DNA of 7,222 nucleotides from a virus (Duplodnaviria; Heunggongvirae; Uroviricota; Caudoviricetes): IMG/VR virus record IMGVR_UViG_2698536559_000008, positions 1 to 7,222 of that record; one strand, 5' to 3'. Shown piece by piece: positions 5,933 to 7,222 of this stretch (position 1 is its first letter; each line of letters starts with the position of its first letter). The notes under the pieces were generated by a model. It saw only the letters and a program-made list of their open reading frames with translations, ran no database searches and was not told where the DNA came from. The position numbers and the translations under genes were made by a program.

Positions 5933-5994
5933 ATTATACTCATTGCATTGTCAGAAATAGTTATCCATTAAAGGCTGGCTATTCCAAACAGGAT

Positions 5995-6018
5995 GTTGAT
6001 TACAAAAATGTAATCAAC
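5995..6018. promoter_or_regulatory. Perfect inverted repeat GTTGATTACA-aaaa-TGTAATCAAC in the AT-rich upstream region of the binding-protein gene; candidate operator
   Basis: 10-bp arms with 4-bp spacer, about 165 bp upstream of the 6185 start, in a strongly AT-rich region (5940-6180) that also contains a consensus TATAAT at 6047-6052. Confidence 0.4.
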
Positions 6019-6184
6019 ATGTAAGGTTTATACTCTTCAATATGCGTATAATTTTCCTTATTTTGTTAACTTTAAATAACAAGCTATGCACGAGGTAAAG
6101 TCGGATAAGTTTATCTGGATGTAATATATATTATTTGTAGTGTTTATAACTTTATTTCATGATAACCAATAAAAGGAGTTTTTT

Positions 6185-6943
6185 ATGAGGAACATAATGG
6201 CAGGTTTTTTAATATTCCTGTCTTCTGCTGCTTATGCTGATATCAATCTGTATGGTCCTGGTGGCCCGCATACAGCCTTGCTTGATGCAGCCAAACTTTA
6301 TGCCGAAAAAACAGGTATTATAGTGAACGTTCATTACGGCCCACAGAACAAATGGAATGAAGATGCCAAAAAAAATGCAGATATCTTGTTTGGCGCATCA
6401 GAACAATCTGCTCTGGCTATCATTCGGGACCATAAAGACAGCTTCAGTGAAAAAGATATTCAGCCTCTTTATCTGCGAAAAAGTATTTTACTGGTAAAGA
6501 AAGGTAATCCTAAAAATATCCGGAGTATTGACGACCTGACCAGACCCGGGATTGGCGTAATTGTTAATGATGGTGGTGGTACCAGTAATACATCAGGCAC
6601 TGGCGTCTGGGAAGATATTGCCGGACGTAAAGGGAATATAGAAACTGTCGCCGCAATCCGAAAAAATATTATTTTATATGCGCCCAATAGCGGAACTGCA
6701 CGTAAGGCTCTTGAGAATCAGCCTGAAGCAGATGTCTGGATAACCTGGGCTGACTGGGCAGCCAGTAATCCAGAAATTGGTGATGTCGTGGAAATAGCGC
6801 CAGACTACGTGATATGGCGTGATATGAACATTACAGTACGTCAGGATGCAAATGATGAAACCCGTCGATTTGCAGAATGGCTACAAACCGATGAAGCGGC
6901 GCCTGCATTCAAAAAATATGGCTGGACCAGGAAAGGCACTTGA
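6185..6943 (+). CDS. Secreted periplasmic substrate-binding protein, ModA-like (molybdate/tungstate/sulfate-type PBP fold), 252 aa, no adjacent transporter genes
   Basis: AGGAG 8 nt upstream of ATG 6185. N-terminal signal peptide MRNIMAGFLIFLSSAAYA with AxA cleavage motif. Mature protein lines up block by block with E. coli ModA as I recall it (e.g. ADILFGASEQ vs ADLFISADQ; IGVIVNDGGGTSNTSGTGVWEDIA in the anion-binding-loop position; AAPAFKKYGWT vs AAEIFKRYGFT). Gene is low-GC relative to the prophage core and is followed by an intrinsic terminator. Confidence 0.8.
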   Translation: MRNIMAGFLIFLSSAAYADINLYGPGGPHTALLDAAKLYAEKTGIIVNVHYGPQNKWNEDAKKNADILFGASEQSALAIIRDHKDSFSEKDIQPLYLRKSILLVKKGNPKNIRSIDDLTRPGIGVIVNDGGGTSNTSGTGVWEDIAGRKGNIETVAAIRKNIILYAPNSGTARKALENQPEADVWITWADWAASNPEIGDVVEIAPDYVIWRDMNITVRQDANDETRRFAEWLQTDEAAPAFKKYGWTRKGT

Positions 6944-6948
6944 CATCC

Positions 6949-6978
6949 TCCACGTCCTTCAGGACGTGGATTCTTTTT
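6949..6978 (+). terminator. Rho-independent terminator after the binding-protein gene
   Basis: Stem TCCACGTCC (6949-6957) / GGACGTGGA (6962-6970), 4-nt loop TTCA, then TTCTTTTT (6971-6978), 6 nt after the stop codon. Confidence 0.7.
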
Positions 6979-7064
6979 CCGGATGCCGCGCCAGCGGCAT
7001 GTAGGGGCAGCTCACAAAACGGAAAAAATTGTACGCTAAGCCTCGCCAGGTGAACTGAATTCAT

Positions 7065-7090
7065 TCCGATATGGGAATTCCCATATCGGA
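7065..7090. repeat. Perfect 26-bp palindrome TCCGATATGGGAA|TTCCCATATCGGA
   Basis: Seen directly; perfect dyad symmetry with 13-bp arms and no spacer. A second shorter inverted repeat ATGCCGC-gcca-GCGGCAT lies at 6983-7000. Confidence 0.6.
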
Positions 7091-7222
7091 CGAAAACGGC
7101 TTGCTGTAACGGCAGAGTTAAGTAGAATTGCTGCGGGTGCTTGAGGCTATCTGCCTCGGGCATGAACACCAACGGCAGATAGATAAAAGCCCCACCCTGT
7201 ACTGACCCCAGAAAGTTGGACA

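Noticed and set aside
6469-6687. 72-aa minus-strand ORF inside the binding-protein gene
   Set aside because: Antisense to a gene with signal peptide, Shine-Dalgarno and terminator.
6909-7172. 87-aa minus-strand ORF spanning the terminator and palindromes
   Set aside because: Runs through an intrinsic terminator hairpin and a perfect 26-bp palindrome; more likely structured non-coding DNA. Cannot exclude a gene starting beyond the window.

Overview
This window reads as the immunity and early-replication region of a lambdoid, Qin/dic-type prophage from an E. coli-like enterobacterium. From left to right: the DicF small RNA on the minus strand (137-194); a ~0.9 kb segment with one plus-strand ORF for a coiled-coil/C4 zinc-ribbon protein (620-964) that sits where ydfC and dicF are normally adjacent; the leftward operon ydfA-ydfB-ydfC (1100-1633, minus); the DicA repressor (1834-2241, minus) divergent from DicC (2318-2545, plus) with palindromic operators between them; then a rightward replication module of a YdaT-like protein, an O-like initiator with iteron-like repeats inside its linker (candidate origin), a short lambda-P-like helicase loader, and a tandem winged-helix protein. 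After a ~0.6 kb stretch with no convincing gene comes an AT-rich island encoding a signal-peptide-bearing, ModA-like periplasmic substrate-binding protein with no transporter partner, its own terminator and two downstream perfect palindromes. The two best candidates for something undescribed are the zinc-ribbon gene inserted into the dicB operon and the orphan binding protein. All calls rest on reading the sequence and on recalled protein families; no database search or computation was run.
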